Below the pieces are notes generated by a model. The model did not search any database and was not told where the DNA came from. It saw only the letters and a list, made by a program, of their open reading frames with translations. From positions 1 to 35,277 of the forward strand of contig CAZKPI010000003.1 in assembly GCA_964554555.1 (NCBI GenBank): a stretch of DNA of 35,277 nt. Reading direction: 5' to 3'. The position numbers were made by a program, and so were the translations under genes. The stretch comes from an uncultured bacterium (GTDB lineage: Bacteria > Muiribacteriota > Ozemobacteria > Ozemobacterales > Ozemobacteraceae). How positions within the stretch are numbered: position 1 is the stretch's first letter; every line of letters starts with the position of its first letter. Positions 15,501 to 23,085 of this stretch are shown piece by piece.

Positions 15501-17915
15501 GCGGCCTCAGACCAGCCGCCGGGCGAAAAGGATCCCCGGGTGGAACAGACCATCGACGTGTTCATCCCCTACTCCCAGCTTGGGGAGCGTCTGGCCACCG
15601 ATTCCCCGCTGGTCTTCCTGAAATACGAGGACTATCGGTATCTGCACGACCTCGGCCTGCCGGAGCCCGACCCCACCCTGTGGCTGCCCCCCGTCGGGGT
15701 GACCTACGTCTCCTGCTCTCTGAGCGGGACCGTGCACGATGACGTCGTTTCGCTGAAACTTCGCCTGGAAGCCGATCTCTTGGGGAAGGGCTTCAAGACC
15801 ATCCCCTTCCCGACCTCCCAGGTGGGCATTCGGAACCTGACCCTCGACGGCAGTCCGGCCGCTCTCGTCCCTCTGCCGCCGGGCACCGCCCCGGATGCCC
15901 AGGGTGCGTTCCCGCAACCGCGCCAGGTGGACATCGCCCAGACCGCCCAGATGAACATGGCCCCGCCCGCCCTCAATGACACGGTCAACGCCTGGAATGA
16001 AGCGGCCTCTGGACACGCCATCGTCACCGACAAGGAAGGCCGCGTCGTCATCGAGGCCGACCTGGTCAAAGACCTTCTGGGCCGCGGCCAGGCTGTCCGG
16101 GCCCAGGAGGGGTTTACTCTGGGCCTGCCCCCCTTCGGAGCGGGTCAGCTCGACCTGGCTCTCGACCGCCCCCGGCAGTTCGTCGAGATCGAACCGGCCG
16201 CGCAGGTGACCACCCAGGAAGAGGCCGCGGGAACCCGGGTGGCGGCCGTCCTTCAGCCTGCCAGCCTGCTTCGGGTCGAATGGCGCGACCGGGTCAAGCC
16301 GCCGGCCGTTCCCTCCGCCTCCGAGACGGTCATCGCCACCCAACCCGCGGCCGTCCAGGAGGCCAAGGTGTTCGTCGACCATGCCCTCCTGTATGGAATC
16401 ACCGAGGGAGTCATCACCATCCGTGATCTGGTGACCCTGACCATCGAGCAGAGTGCCGTCGGCGAATTCGCCTTCCACATCCCGCCCGGGGCCGAGGTGA
16501 TGGATGTCACGGGGGCTGACGTGGCCAGCTGGAGCGCGGTGTCGGCCGGGGGGAAGGGACAGGCCCTGCTGGTGGCCCTCCATGCCCGGCGGCGTGACCA
16601 GGTGGCGTTGGCCATCGAGCTGGAGCGGGCCACCCCCGAGATCAACGGTGATTTCCCCCTGGACATCCCCTGGATGCAATCTGCCGGGCCCCACGCGCGG
16701 CTTGAGCGGCAAAAGGGGTATTTCGGCGTCGAGGTGGGGGAAGGGATCGAAGCCCGCATCATCGACAGCCAGCCGGCCACCATGGTCGACCCGGGGGAAT
16801 TGCCGGCCGCGGTCCGTGACCAGGCCCAGGGTTTCCTGGCCTTTGCCTTCAAGTTCCTGGCCCGTGTCACTCCACGGATCGGCCTGACCAAGCACCAGGA
16901 GGTGACGGTCAGCACCGCCCAGATCGACGGGGCGATTGCCCGGTCGTTGGTCTCCCGCGACGGGAAGGTCCTGACCCAGCTCGAGCTGGTCGTCCGCAAC
17001 AATAACAACCAGTTCCTGATCCTCGACAAGCTCCCCCCGACGACCAAGGTGCTTTCCGTCGTTCTGAACGGCGAACCGGTGAAACCGGGCCTTGGCGAAG
17101 CAGGCGAGTTGTTCATCCCCCTGATCCGGTCTCCCCAGGTGAACAAAGTCCTTCAGCCGTTCGGGATGGTGGTCTATTTCGAAAGCCGCATCCCCTTGAT
17201 GACGCGCCGGGGGATGGTGGAACTGTTCCTGCCGGCCATGTCCCTCGATGCCAGCGAACTGACCTGGATCGTCTCCATGCCCGAAGGCACAACCGTCCAG
17301 GAAGCCAGCCCTGACTTCCAGCCTGGAGCAGGCGGCATCACCTCTCTGCCTGGCCTCGTCCACGGAGAAGGTCAAAGCCGCCAGATGTTCTCGAACGTCA
17401 TGACCCAGTCAGTCATGAAGAAACCGGCCGCCGAGGCTGGAGCGGCCGAACGGTCGATGGGCGGGGTCCTTCCCGTGATCCCGACCATTCCCGCCACCGG
17501 AAACCAGATCGTGGTCAACAAAAAGCTGGTGTCCACCACGGGGCCGACTCACCTCCGCCTGCTGTATCTGCGCGAGTGGGTCCTCTCGGAAATCCTGCTG
17601 TTCTTCACCTTCGTGGTTGCCGGATTCCTGGCCTGGGGGTTGACCGACCTGTGGCGAAACTCCTGGAGAGGCCTGAATGCAGGGCTGTTCATGCCGGTCC
17701 TGCTTGGCGTGGCCATCGTCCTCCTCGAGGAGTTCTTCGGGGCGTTTTCCAGCCTTCCGGCCCAGGCCCGCCAGGCGTTTATTTCCGGCTTGCAGGCGGG
17801 CGTCCTGTTCTTCGTCTTGTGGGCGCTGATGACCCCGGAGCCGTCCGGGCCGGCTCCTGAACCTGCGGCTGGGGCTTCACCGGGTTCCCCGTCCGCCCCG
17901 GCGAAGGCCGTCTGA
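12594..17915 (+). CDS. giant (1773 aa) polytopic membrane protein made of two homologous extracytoplasmic modules; family not recognised
   Basis: N-terminal signal/anchor CMLILVICLSGMGFPAVIAQ. Module A covers about aa 55-870 and module B about aa 988-1700, and they align motif by motif. Each ends in hydrophobic helices. A cluster of about six TM helices (aa 670-970) separates the halves. Pro/Ala-rich linkers are present. Codon usage is consistent with coding. Confidence 0.85.
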   Translation: MSGIRLSCRAGWCMLILVICLSGMGFPAVIAQTEPAGPEPFAAPVRSGGRLSANIRYIPFADLEETLLANPRGMLIPRVEFERLKRDKEAYLARSPASPLPRLDADFVQGRSALIGTITEKVGRFEAEFVFEMPNDRWALFPLPGGDIGLEQVTLDGRPVGVTVQRFSGIHDAEAPKGQVEILQQKRKTAVPPTRRPSLVTGRRGAANDFLLAVRGVGRHTVKVVLVCPQVDDPERSELTFRIPRMPMNTFSVTLDTPGQFGEVDRSEGTRCRDDDGHTVVEGVLGPTDRFTIRWAPRSGPGLVEPPPEPPPGEMASASEPAPEPAPAPTAPSEPPRVYADSATLLSVGEGFIRSDAQIRLRIARSGIDGISLLLPSGTELLDLQSPSLESHRLEALATATRVVCVFSSQVRQSCELSMVCDTKMAETTQTVGLPVHRLEGVERDAGFIGVEARTSIEIRKGAEPRSDLQVSEVDVTDLPPDLTRRAIRPILLSYRYFTPPVDPAVAVQVIRHSDVETLTAVIDHLRATTFLGLNRQALTSLDLEVKNNGRQYLETWLASGAEILSAQLNGAPVKPSSRGDSSYLIPLGGGSARRSAASAFRVRLTYRAPIPEFGWKRNLRVPLPKLDVRTSRLEWTVYAPEWNALFLLPSDVERVYEKAVFHPFSLLAEVCEALAQPLLLLILLVLWLAKRLWNWVTQPAPDQEKTGFAWGRALGSLAVLGGLIALIAAMTASMETRPSRMFGTVTTALRQPAIYSPPQEQEVMMDEEPRSDGAWQDVRRESAGMAFKSKGDDLSLSNAPSSALAGGAAAPSPSAPPPSKQRMKAGRDRGALPVDPIIPRTDNSVFVTRNDIAALETPTLRVFVLWEPVRFALTLGLALAGLLVFLVVRALARRGRGFLAWLVTLGYSAVLLALEERFPGLQDPGLLAIAACAGGIILWRVYAYLRVFGGGKTAVAVLLVLAVPAAGAAASDQPPGEKDPRVEQTIDVFIPYSQLGERLATDSPLVFLKYEDYRYLHDLGLPEPDPTLWLPPVGVTYVSCSLSGTVHDDVVSLKLRLEADLLGKGFKTIPFPTSQVGIRNLTLDGSPAALVPLPPGTAPDAQGAFPQPRQVDIAQTAQMNMAPPALNDTVNAWNEAASGHAIVTDKEGRVVIEADLVKDLLGRGQAVRAQEGFTLGLPPFGAGQLDLALDRPRQFVEIEPAAQVTTQEEAAGTRVAAVLQPASLLRVEWRDRVKPPAVPSASETVIATQPAAVQEAKVFVDHALLYGITEGVITIRDLVTLTIEQSAVGEFAFHIPPGAEVMDVTGADVASWSAVSAGGKGQALLVALHARRRDQVALAIELERATPEINGDFPLDIPWMQSAGPHARLERQKGYFGVEVGEGIEARIIDSQPATMVDPGELPAAVRDQAQGFLAFAFKFLARVTPRIGLTKHQEVTVSTAQIDGAIARSLVSRDGKVLTQLELVVRNNNNQFLILDKLPPTTKVLSVVLNGEPVKPGLGEAGELFIPLIRSPQVNKVLQPFGMVVYFESRIPLMTRRGMVELFLPAMSLDASELTWIVSMPEGTTVQEASPDFQPGAGGITSLPGLVHGEGQSRQMFSNVMTQSVMKKPAAEAGAAERSMGGVLPVIPTIPATGNQIVVNKKLVSTTGPTHLRLLYLREWVLSEILLFFTFVVAGFLAWGLTDLWRNSWRGLNAGLFMPVLLGVAIVLLEEFFGAFSSLPAQARQAFISGLQAGVLFFVLWALMTPEPSGPAPEPAAGASPGSPSAPAKAV

Positions 17916-17927
17916 TCGCCTCGGTCC

Positions 17928-17968
17928 ATCCCCCGGGCCCCATGGTCCGGGGGATTGTCCGTCTTTGT
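17928..17968 (+). terminator. probable intrinsic terminator after the giant gene
   Basis: 9-bp stem ATCCCCCGG/CCGGGGGAT (17928-17936 and 17947-17955) followed by the T-rich tail TGTCCGTCTTTGTT. Confidence 0.5.
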
Positions 17969-18082
17969 TGGCCGAGGTGGGCCTGCCCTGCCGGGTGTGG
18001 GCCGGTGCTTCGAGGGCCGGAAATTCCCCCGGCCGCCCGTGGGTCCGGGGGGCGCGGCACGGCCCAGAACCACAGCTCTTTC

Positions 18083-18111
18083 TTGTCACGAATGGAGGAG
18101 AGGGGTAGACT
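18083..18111 (+). promoter_or_regulatory. sigma70-type promoter for pckA: TTGTCA-17-TAGACT
   Basis: TTGTCA at 18083-18088, a 17-nt spacer, and TAGACT at 18106-18111. This lies inside the spurious N-terminal extension of the ORF-track entry. Confidence 0.55.
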
Positions 18112-18170
18112 GTCGCGAGAAAGAGGCGGGTCTGGTTTCCGGCCTGCCTATCGGGAAAGGAGTTCGTGTC

Positions 18171-19772
18171 GTGAAACACGAAAAGAGTCTGTCCAAAGTT
18201 GGTTTGAAGCAGGTTCGCCAGGTCTTCTGGAACGAACCGGTCCCTGTCCTGGTCGAGGAGGCCCTCCGCCGCCAGGAAGGCCGCCTGGCCTCCAACGGGG
18301 CCCTTGTCGTGGAGACGGGAGCCCCCTCGGGCCGCTCGCCCAAGGACAAATTCGTTGTGAAGACAGGGGATTGCGGTGATGTCTGGTGGGGCCCGGTCAA
18401 CCGCCCCATCACCAAGGAAGCCTGGGACCGCCTGATGGCCAATGCCTGCAGTTACCTGCAGAACCGTGACGTGTTCGTGTTCAACGGGTATGCCGGGGCC
18501 GATGCCAACCACCGGCTCCAGGTGCGGGTCATCGCGGAACGAGCCTGGCATGCCCTGTTTGCCCGGACCTTGTTCATTGTCCCCCCGCCGGATGCCACCC
18601 TCCAGGATCCTCCCGATTTCACCGTCCTCAACGTGTGCGGGATGCAGGCCCCCGATTTCAAGGAGATCGGTCTCAATTCGGGAACCTTCATCGTCGTCAA
18701 CTTTGCGGAACGCATGGTCCTCATCGGGGGAACGAACTACGCGGGTGAAATCAAGAAGAGCATCTTCTCGGTCATGAATTACCTCCTGCCCAAGAAGGGT
18801 ATTTTCCCCATGCATTGCTCCGCCAACATTGGCAAACAAGGGGATACTGCCCTGTTCTTCGGTCTTTCAGGGACTGGCAAAACCACCCTCTCTGCCGATC
18901 CCGACCGCCGGCTGATCGGCGACGACGAACACGGCTGGACTCCCGAAGGGATCTTCAATTTCGAGGGCGGGTGCTACGCCAAGTGCATCAAGTTGTCGAA
19001 GGAAAACGAACCCCAGATCTTCAATGCCATCCGGTTCGGTTCTGTGCTCGAAAACGTCATCCTGGACGAACGCCGTCGACCCAATTACGACGACGGCACC
19101 TTGACGGAAAATACGCGTGCCACCTACCCTGTGCAATACATTGACAATTGCGTGCTTGAGGGGGTAGGAGGGCATCCGAAAAACGTGTTCTTCCTGGCCG
19201 CCGATGCCTTCGGCGTTCTGCCCCCGATCTCACGCCTTTCCCCCGAGCAGGCCATGTACCATTTCCTGTCGGGGTACACAGCCAAGCTGGCCGGCACCGA
19301 AGCGGGTGTGGTTGAGCCCACCACAACCTTCTCGGCTTGCTTCGGGGCGCCCTTCCTGGTGCACCATCCCTTTACCTACGCCCAGATGCTGGGCGAAAAG
19401 ATGAAGAAGCACGGTACCAGCCTCTGGCTGGTAAATACCGGATGGAGCGGAGGTGCATACGGCATCGGCAAACGGATGAAGATCGGCTACACCCGGGCCC
19501 TGCTGACGGCGGCCTTGTCGGGTGCCCTCGACCAGGGTGCCTTCGTCCCCGATCCGGTCTTCGGGGTTGGCATTCCCAAGGAATGCCCGGGCGTGCCCGC
19601 CGAGATTCTGCAACCCCGGAACACCTGGGCGGACAAAGCGGCCTTCGACCGTGCCGCCGCCGATCTGGCCGCCAAGTTCGTCGCGAACTTCAAGGAATTC
19701 GAGGATCGGGTGGCCCCGGAAGTCATCAAAGCCGGCCCCCGGGTCCTGGCCAACGCCGCCGCCAAGCGCTGA
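18171..19772 (+). CDS. pckA: phosphoenolpyruvate carboxykinase (ATP)
   Basis: ATP-PEPCK motifs: GRSPKDKF, kinase-1a GLSGTGKTTLS, and DDEHGW. GTG start at 18171 with SD GGAAAGGAG 8 nt upstream. The upstream part of ORF 17955.. is Gly/Arg/Pro-rich and contains the promoter. Confidence 0.92.
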   Translation: MKHEKSLSKVGLKQVRQVFWNEPVPVLVEEALRRQEGRLASNGALVVETGAPSGRSPKDKFVVKTGDCGDVWWGPVNRPITKEAWDRLMANACSYLQNRDVFVFNGYAGADANHRLQVRVIAERAWHALFARTLFIVPPPDATLQDPPDFTVLNVCGMQAPDFKEIGLNSGTFIVVNFAERMVLIGGTNYAGEIKKSIFSVMNYLLPKKGIFPMHCSANIGKQGDTALFFGLSGTGKTTLSADPDRRLIGDDEHGWTPEGIFNFEGGCYAKCIKLSKENEPQIFNAIRFGSVLENVILDERRRPNYDDGTLTENTRATYPVQYIDNCVLEGVGGHPKNVFFLAADAFGVLPPISRLSPEQAMYHFLSGYTAKLAGTEAGVVEPTTTFSACFGAPFLVHHPFTYAQMLGEKMKKHGTSLWLVNTGWSGGAYGIGKRMKIGYTRALLTAALSGALDQGAFVPDPVFGVGIPKECPGVPAEILQPRNTWADKAAFDRAAADLAAKFVANFKEFEDRVAPEVIKAGPRVLANAAAKR

Positions 19773-19787
19773 CGGATCCAGACAAAA

Positions 19788-19822
19788 ACGCCCCGGGACC
19801 GCCCTTGGTCCCGGGGCGTTTT
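19788..19822. terminator. bidirectional intrinsic terminator shared by pckA (+) and clpX (-)
   Basis: Perfect 13-bp stem ACGCCCCGGGACC/GGTCCCGGGGCGT with a 6-nt loop. It is flanked by A5 on the left and T4 on the right, and lies between two convergent stop codons. Confidence 0.85.
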
Positions 19823-19843
19823 CGTCGGGCGGGGACGGCCGTT

Positions 19844-21118
19844 TCAGGCGGCCCGCATTTCGTCCTTTTTCTCGGCCAACCGCTGGGATTCGAGCAAATC
19901 GAGCTGTCGCTCGACATAAGCCCGGTCCACGCGCAGGGTTTTGGTTCCTTCCTCACGCAGGTGGAACATGTCGTGGCGGAGAATCCGCTCGAAGACGTCC
20001 CGCAGGCCGCGTGCCCCGGTCTTGCGCTCCATGGCAACGTCCACGACCCGCTCGAGGCCGTCGTCGGTGAAGGACAATTCACAGCCGTCCATCTCGCAGA
20101 GCTTGGTGAACTGCCGAACGATGGAATTTTTCGGTTCGCGCAGGATGCGAAGGAAGTCGTCCCGTTTCAGGCCGTCCAGGGCGACCTTGATCGGCAGGCG
20201 CCCGATGAACTCGGGAATGAAGCCGAATTGCAGGAGGTCACCGGTATCGACGTGATGGAAGAGGCTGAAGTCGGCCTGGTCTCGCGGCAGGGGGTCGGAA
20301 TTGAACCCGATGGCGATGTCCTTCCGGAGTCGCCGCTCGATGATCTTTTCGAGACCGACGAAGGCGCCGCCGCAAATGAACAGGATGTGCCGGGTGTCGA
20401 TCTTCACGACCTGCTGGGACATGGGGTTTTTGCGGCCGGCGGTCAGGGGGACGTTGGCGACGGTGCCCTCGATCAGCTTCAGGAAGGATTGCTGGACACC
20501 TTCCCCTGAGACGTCGCGGGAGATGGAGACGTTGTTGCTGGTCTTGGCTTTCTTGTCGATCTCGTCGAGGTACACGATGCCCTTTTGGCAGTCCTCGACC
20601 TCGTAGTTGGCGTCGATCAACAGCGACAGCAAGACGTTCTCAACGTCGTCGCCGACGTATCCCGCCTCGGTGTAGCTGGTGCAGTCCCCGATGGCGAAGG
20701 GAACGCGCAGGATCTTGGACAGGGTGCGTGCCAGCAGGGTCTTGCCGCTTCCTGTCGGCCCGATCAGCAAAATGTTTGATTTCTCGAACTCTACATCGGT
20801 CGAATCGATCAGCGACAGGATCTTGTAGTGGTTGTACACCGCCAGCGAGATGACTTTTTTCGCGGTTTCCTGGCCGACCACGTAATCTGACAGGGCGTCG
20901 TAGATGCGCTTGGGGGAATAGTCCTTGACCAGTTTCTTCAGGTCGATCGACCCCTTCCCGCCTTCCTTGACCAGAGAGGCCTTGTCGCGGGCGTTCTTGC
21001 GGCGGAAGATGTCCTCGGCCGTGTCGACGCAGGTTTTGCACAGGAGCAGGCCGTCGCGGCTCTGCACGAAGTCGCCCCCCTTGCGGAGGTCCTTGCCGCA
21101 GAACACACAGAAACTCAT
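19844..21118 (-). CDS. clpX: ATP-dependent Clp protease ATP-binding subunit ClpX
   Basis: 424-aa ORF. N-terminal zinc-binding CxxC...CxxC (CVFCGK...CKTC), Walker A GPTGSGKTLLA and the GYVGDDVEN pore-loop region. Confidence 0.95.
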   Translation of the reverse strand: MSFCVFCGKDLRKGGDFVQSRDGLLLCKTCVDTAEDIFRRKNARDKASLVKEGGKGSIDLKKLVKDYSPKRIYDALSDYVVGQETAKKVISLAVYNHYKILSLIDSTDVEFEKSNILLIGPTGSGKTLLARTLSKILRVPFAIGDCTSYTEAGYVGDDVENVLLSLLIDANYEVEDCQKGIVYLDEIDKKAKTSNNVSISRDVSGEGVQQSFLKLIEGTVANVPLTAGRKNPMSQQVVKIDTRHILFICGGAFVGLEKIIERRLRKDIAIGFNSDPLPRDQADFSLFHHVDTGDLLQFGFIPEFIGRLPIKVALDGLKRDDFLRILREPKNSIVRQFTKLCEMDGCELSFTDDGLERVVDVAMERKTGARGLRDVFERILRHDMFHLREEGTKTLRVDRAYVERQLDLLESQRLAEKKDEMRAA

Positions 21119-21159
21119 GGATGTTTCCCCCAGACAGATTTCAGTTTCCCGGGAAGGAA

Positions 21160-21188
21160 AAAGGCTGGAAGGGACACTCCCAGCCTTT
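21160..21188 (-). terminator. possible terminator after the metalloprotease gene
   Basis: 9-bp stem AAAGGCTGG/CCAGCCTTT with an 11-nt loop. On the minus strand it is followed by TTCCTTCCC (a weak U tract). It lies 21 nt downstream of the stop at 21209. Confidence 0.4.
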
Positions 21189-21208
21189 CTCCTGCTTGGA
21201 CGTCGGGA

Positions 21209-22852
21209 CTATTCGCCGTGGACCGAGCGGAACAGGCCGATCCGCTTGATGTCCTTGGCGTCGAGAACGGAACCGTTGTAGGCCCACTTGCTGGTGATGC
21301 CGCGGGCGTTGAAGACCTTGGCGATGGCCTCCTGGTGAGCACTGGCGAACAGATTTTTGTCGGCGGTGAAGATGGCGTTGGCGCCGTCGAGGAACTTCGG
21401 ACTGCCGGCTTTCAGGTAGTAGAAGCTGTTGTAGATCAGCTTGTCGGAGATCTCGGGGCCGAGGGCGGCGCGGAGATCCCAGAGGACGGCGCCCCAGATC
21501 TGGCCGTCGGCGTGGACTTCGCCGTCGATGTCCTCGGGATAATGCAGGGAGTTGGTCATGATGCGCAGGTAGGGCTTGCCCATCTTGGCCACGGCGTATT
21601 CGCCGAGTTTCTCGTCGTTCGACAGGGTGCAGGCGAAGTAGTCGGCCTGGCCTTCATTCATGGCGCCAGATTCCGCGCTGTAGTTGAGGCGGACGATCTG
21701 GTTGATCATGGCGTGGGAGTACTCGTGGAAGCAGACGCTCTCTTCTTTGGCCAGATCGTTCAGGCGGTTGCCGTCGCCAAAGGCCATCGAGTTCGACCAG
21801 GGGCTGAAGAAGGCATTGTCATACTTGGTGCCGTAGTGGACGGTGGCGCCGAGGGGGATGTCGAGCTTGTTGAAGCCCATGGCTTTGAAGAAGTCGTGCA
21901 CGCGGGTGATGTAGTGGTAGACGTTGACCTCGTCAAAGTGGGTATCGTCGGGGGCATAGATATGCACATCATCGGAGGCCAGGGCTTCGGTGGTGTCCTC
22001 GTTGTCGACGTTCGCATACAGGCCCTTGAGAGTGTGGGCGGTCAGGTGGGGAAGTTCGACCGTGGCCGGTTCCCCGGCCATGGGATGGTTCACGTAGACG
22101 GAACCCTGGCCAGTGGCAAAGTTCAGCTGGTTGAGGCGGGAGACTTCCTTGCCGGATTCGGCGTCGATCAGGACTTCCCAGTCGCCCAGCGGTTCGCGGG
22201 AGGAGAGCTTCACGTTGAACACCATCAGGCCGCGCTCACCCGCCACGGGAAGGACATTCAACTCGGCCTTGGGAATGCCCACGAGGGATTTGGCGCCGAT
22301 CGCGCGCTTGGCGGCGGCGATGGCCTGGATGCGGCCCAGGGTGATCTGGTTGGCGAACTCGCGGATGGTGGGCAGGGAGCCCGACACCAGGTTCACCCGG
22401 CGGTCCTTGCCGATGTGCACGGAGATGACAGCATCATGCACCTTCACGCCGTCAATGGTCATCTGGTAGGCCACGTGGGAAACCCCGGCCACTTCCTCGT
22501 TGCGGACGTTGGCGAGGAGGTAGGCGTCTTTGGTGTCCTGCAGGTTGAAGATCTTGGCGTGGTCGGTGATGAAGGCCCGGGCCGCCGCGGCAGGGTCGCC
22601 GGAAAAAAGAGGGGCGGACAGGGTGCCTCGCATGCTCTCGATGCGGGAACCGTCGGGGGCCACCTGCATCAGCTCGATGCCGTTGGCCAGGATTTCGTCT
22701 TCGAAGAGGGAATCCAGCAGGTCGGTGGAGATCTTGACGCTGGGTGCCGCCGCGGGTTTACTGCGGACGGTGGTGGGGGAAACGTCGAAGGCAAACGTAC
22801 AGCAAGAGACTGCCAGGACGAAGGCCAGGACCACGACCGGGATTCTTCTCAT
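21209..22852 (-). CDS. secreted zinc metalloprotease, M4 (thermolysin)-like, with N-terminal propeptide
   Basis: 547-aa ORF with signal peptide MRRIPVVVLAFVLAVSCCTFA. Zinc site HEYSHAMINQ, plus downstream ESGAMNEGQADYF (thermolysin-type HExxH ... ESGAxNE). SD TAAGGAG lies 8 nt upstream of the ATG. Confidence 0.85.
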   Translation of the reverse strand: MRRIPVVVLAFVLAVSCCTFAFDVSPTTVRSKPAAAPSVKISTDLLDSLFEDEILANGIELMQVAPDGSRIESMRGTLSAPLFSGDPAAAARAFITDHAKIFNLQDTKDAYLLANVRNEEVAGVSHVAYQMTIDGVKVHDAVISVHIGKDRRVNLVSGSLPTIREFANQITLGRIQAIAAAKRAIGAKSLVGIPKAELNVLPVAGERGLMVFNVKLSSREPLGDWEVLIDAESGKEVSRLNQLNFATGQGSVYVNHPMAGEPATVELPHLTAHTLKGLYANVDNEDTTEALASDDVHIYAPDDTHFDEVNVYHYITRVHDFFKAMGFNKLDIPLGATVHYGTKYDNAFFSPWSNSMAFGDGNRLNDLAKEESVCFHEYSHAMINQIVRLNYSAESGAMNEGQADYFACTLSNDEKLGEYAVAKMGKPYLRIMTNSLHYPEDIDGEVHADGQIWGAVLWDLRAALGPEISDKLIYNSFYYLKAGSPKFLDGANAIFTADKNLFASAHQEAIAKVFNARGITSKWAYNGSVLDAKDIKRIGLFRSVHGE

Positions 22853-22880
22853 CTTCTATACTCCTTACGAAAGTATTTTC

Positions 22881-22909
22881 ATTGTAGCATCCGTACCCTG
22901 AACGCGCAA
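22881..22909 (-). promoter_or_regulatory. sigma70-type promoter for the metalloprotease gene: TTGCGC-17-TACAAT with extended TG
   Basis: On the minus strand: TTGCGC (22909-22904), a 17-nt spacer, then TGcTACAAT (-10 at 22886-22881). Confidence 0.6.
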
Positions 22910-22953
22910 CCGGCGGGAAAGGAAAAAATCGGGGAGCGAAACCATTGGGGAAT

Positions 22954-22983
22954 GAAAAAACGAGGTGTCGGACGACACCTCGT
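22954..22983 (-). terminator. intrinsic terminator of the tRNA operon
   Basis: Perfect 10-bp stem ACGAGGTGTC/GACACCTCGT with loop GGAC. On the minus strand it is followed by T6. It lies 10 nt downstream of tRNA-Glu. Confidence 0.85.
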
Positions 22984-22992
22984 TTCGTAAAC

Positions 22993-23065
22993 CGCCCCCA
23001 ATGGGATTCGAACCCATGCCGCAGCCTTGAAAGGGCTGTGTCCTAGGCCGCTAGACGATGGGGGC
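22993..23065 (-). tRNA. tRNA-Glu (anticodon UUC)
   Basis: The reverse complement GCCCCCATCGTCTAGCGGCCTAGGACACAGCCCTTTCAAGGCTGCGGCATGGGTTCGAATCCCATTGGGGGCG folds as a cloverleaf. Anticodon loop is CUUUCAA and the T-loop is GGTTCGAATCC. CCA is not encoded. Confidence 0.95.
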
Positions 23066-23085
23066 ATGTTGCCTTGGTTCAGGTT

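Noticed and set aside
11979-17375. Very long antisense ORFs lie inside the giant gene: 867 aa at 11979-14582 and 622 aa at 15507-17375, both on the minus strand.
   Set aside because: Their composition is rich in Gly, Arg, Pro, Asp and Leu, with no motifs or hydrophobic structure. They mirror a sense frame that has coherent signal peptide, TM helices and internal homology. This is the typical stop-codon-poor antisense frame of GC-rich DNA.
17955-18170. An N-terminal extension of pckA in the ORF track. Analogous extensions occur for the sensor (29449-29664), TPR gene 1 (29891-30019), udk (5167-5433) and the HD gene (10040-10054).
   Set aside because: The extensions are Pro/Arg/Gly-rich. They contain the predicted promoter or the RNA repeats, and they lack an SD. 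The downstream starts have an SD and/or give canonical N-termini or signal peptides.
21218-22990. A 590-aa + strand ORF lies opposite the M4 protease gene.
   Set aside because: It is a Gly/Val/Asp-rich antisense frame. It runs through the protease promoter and the tRNA operon terminator. The minus frame has a signal peptide, HExxH and ESGAxNE.
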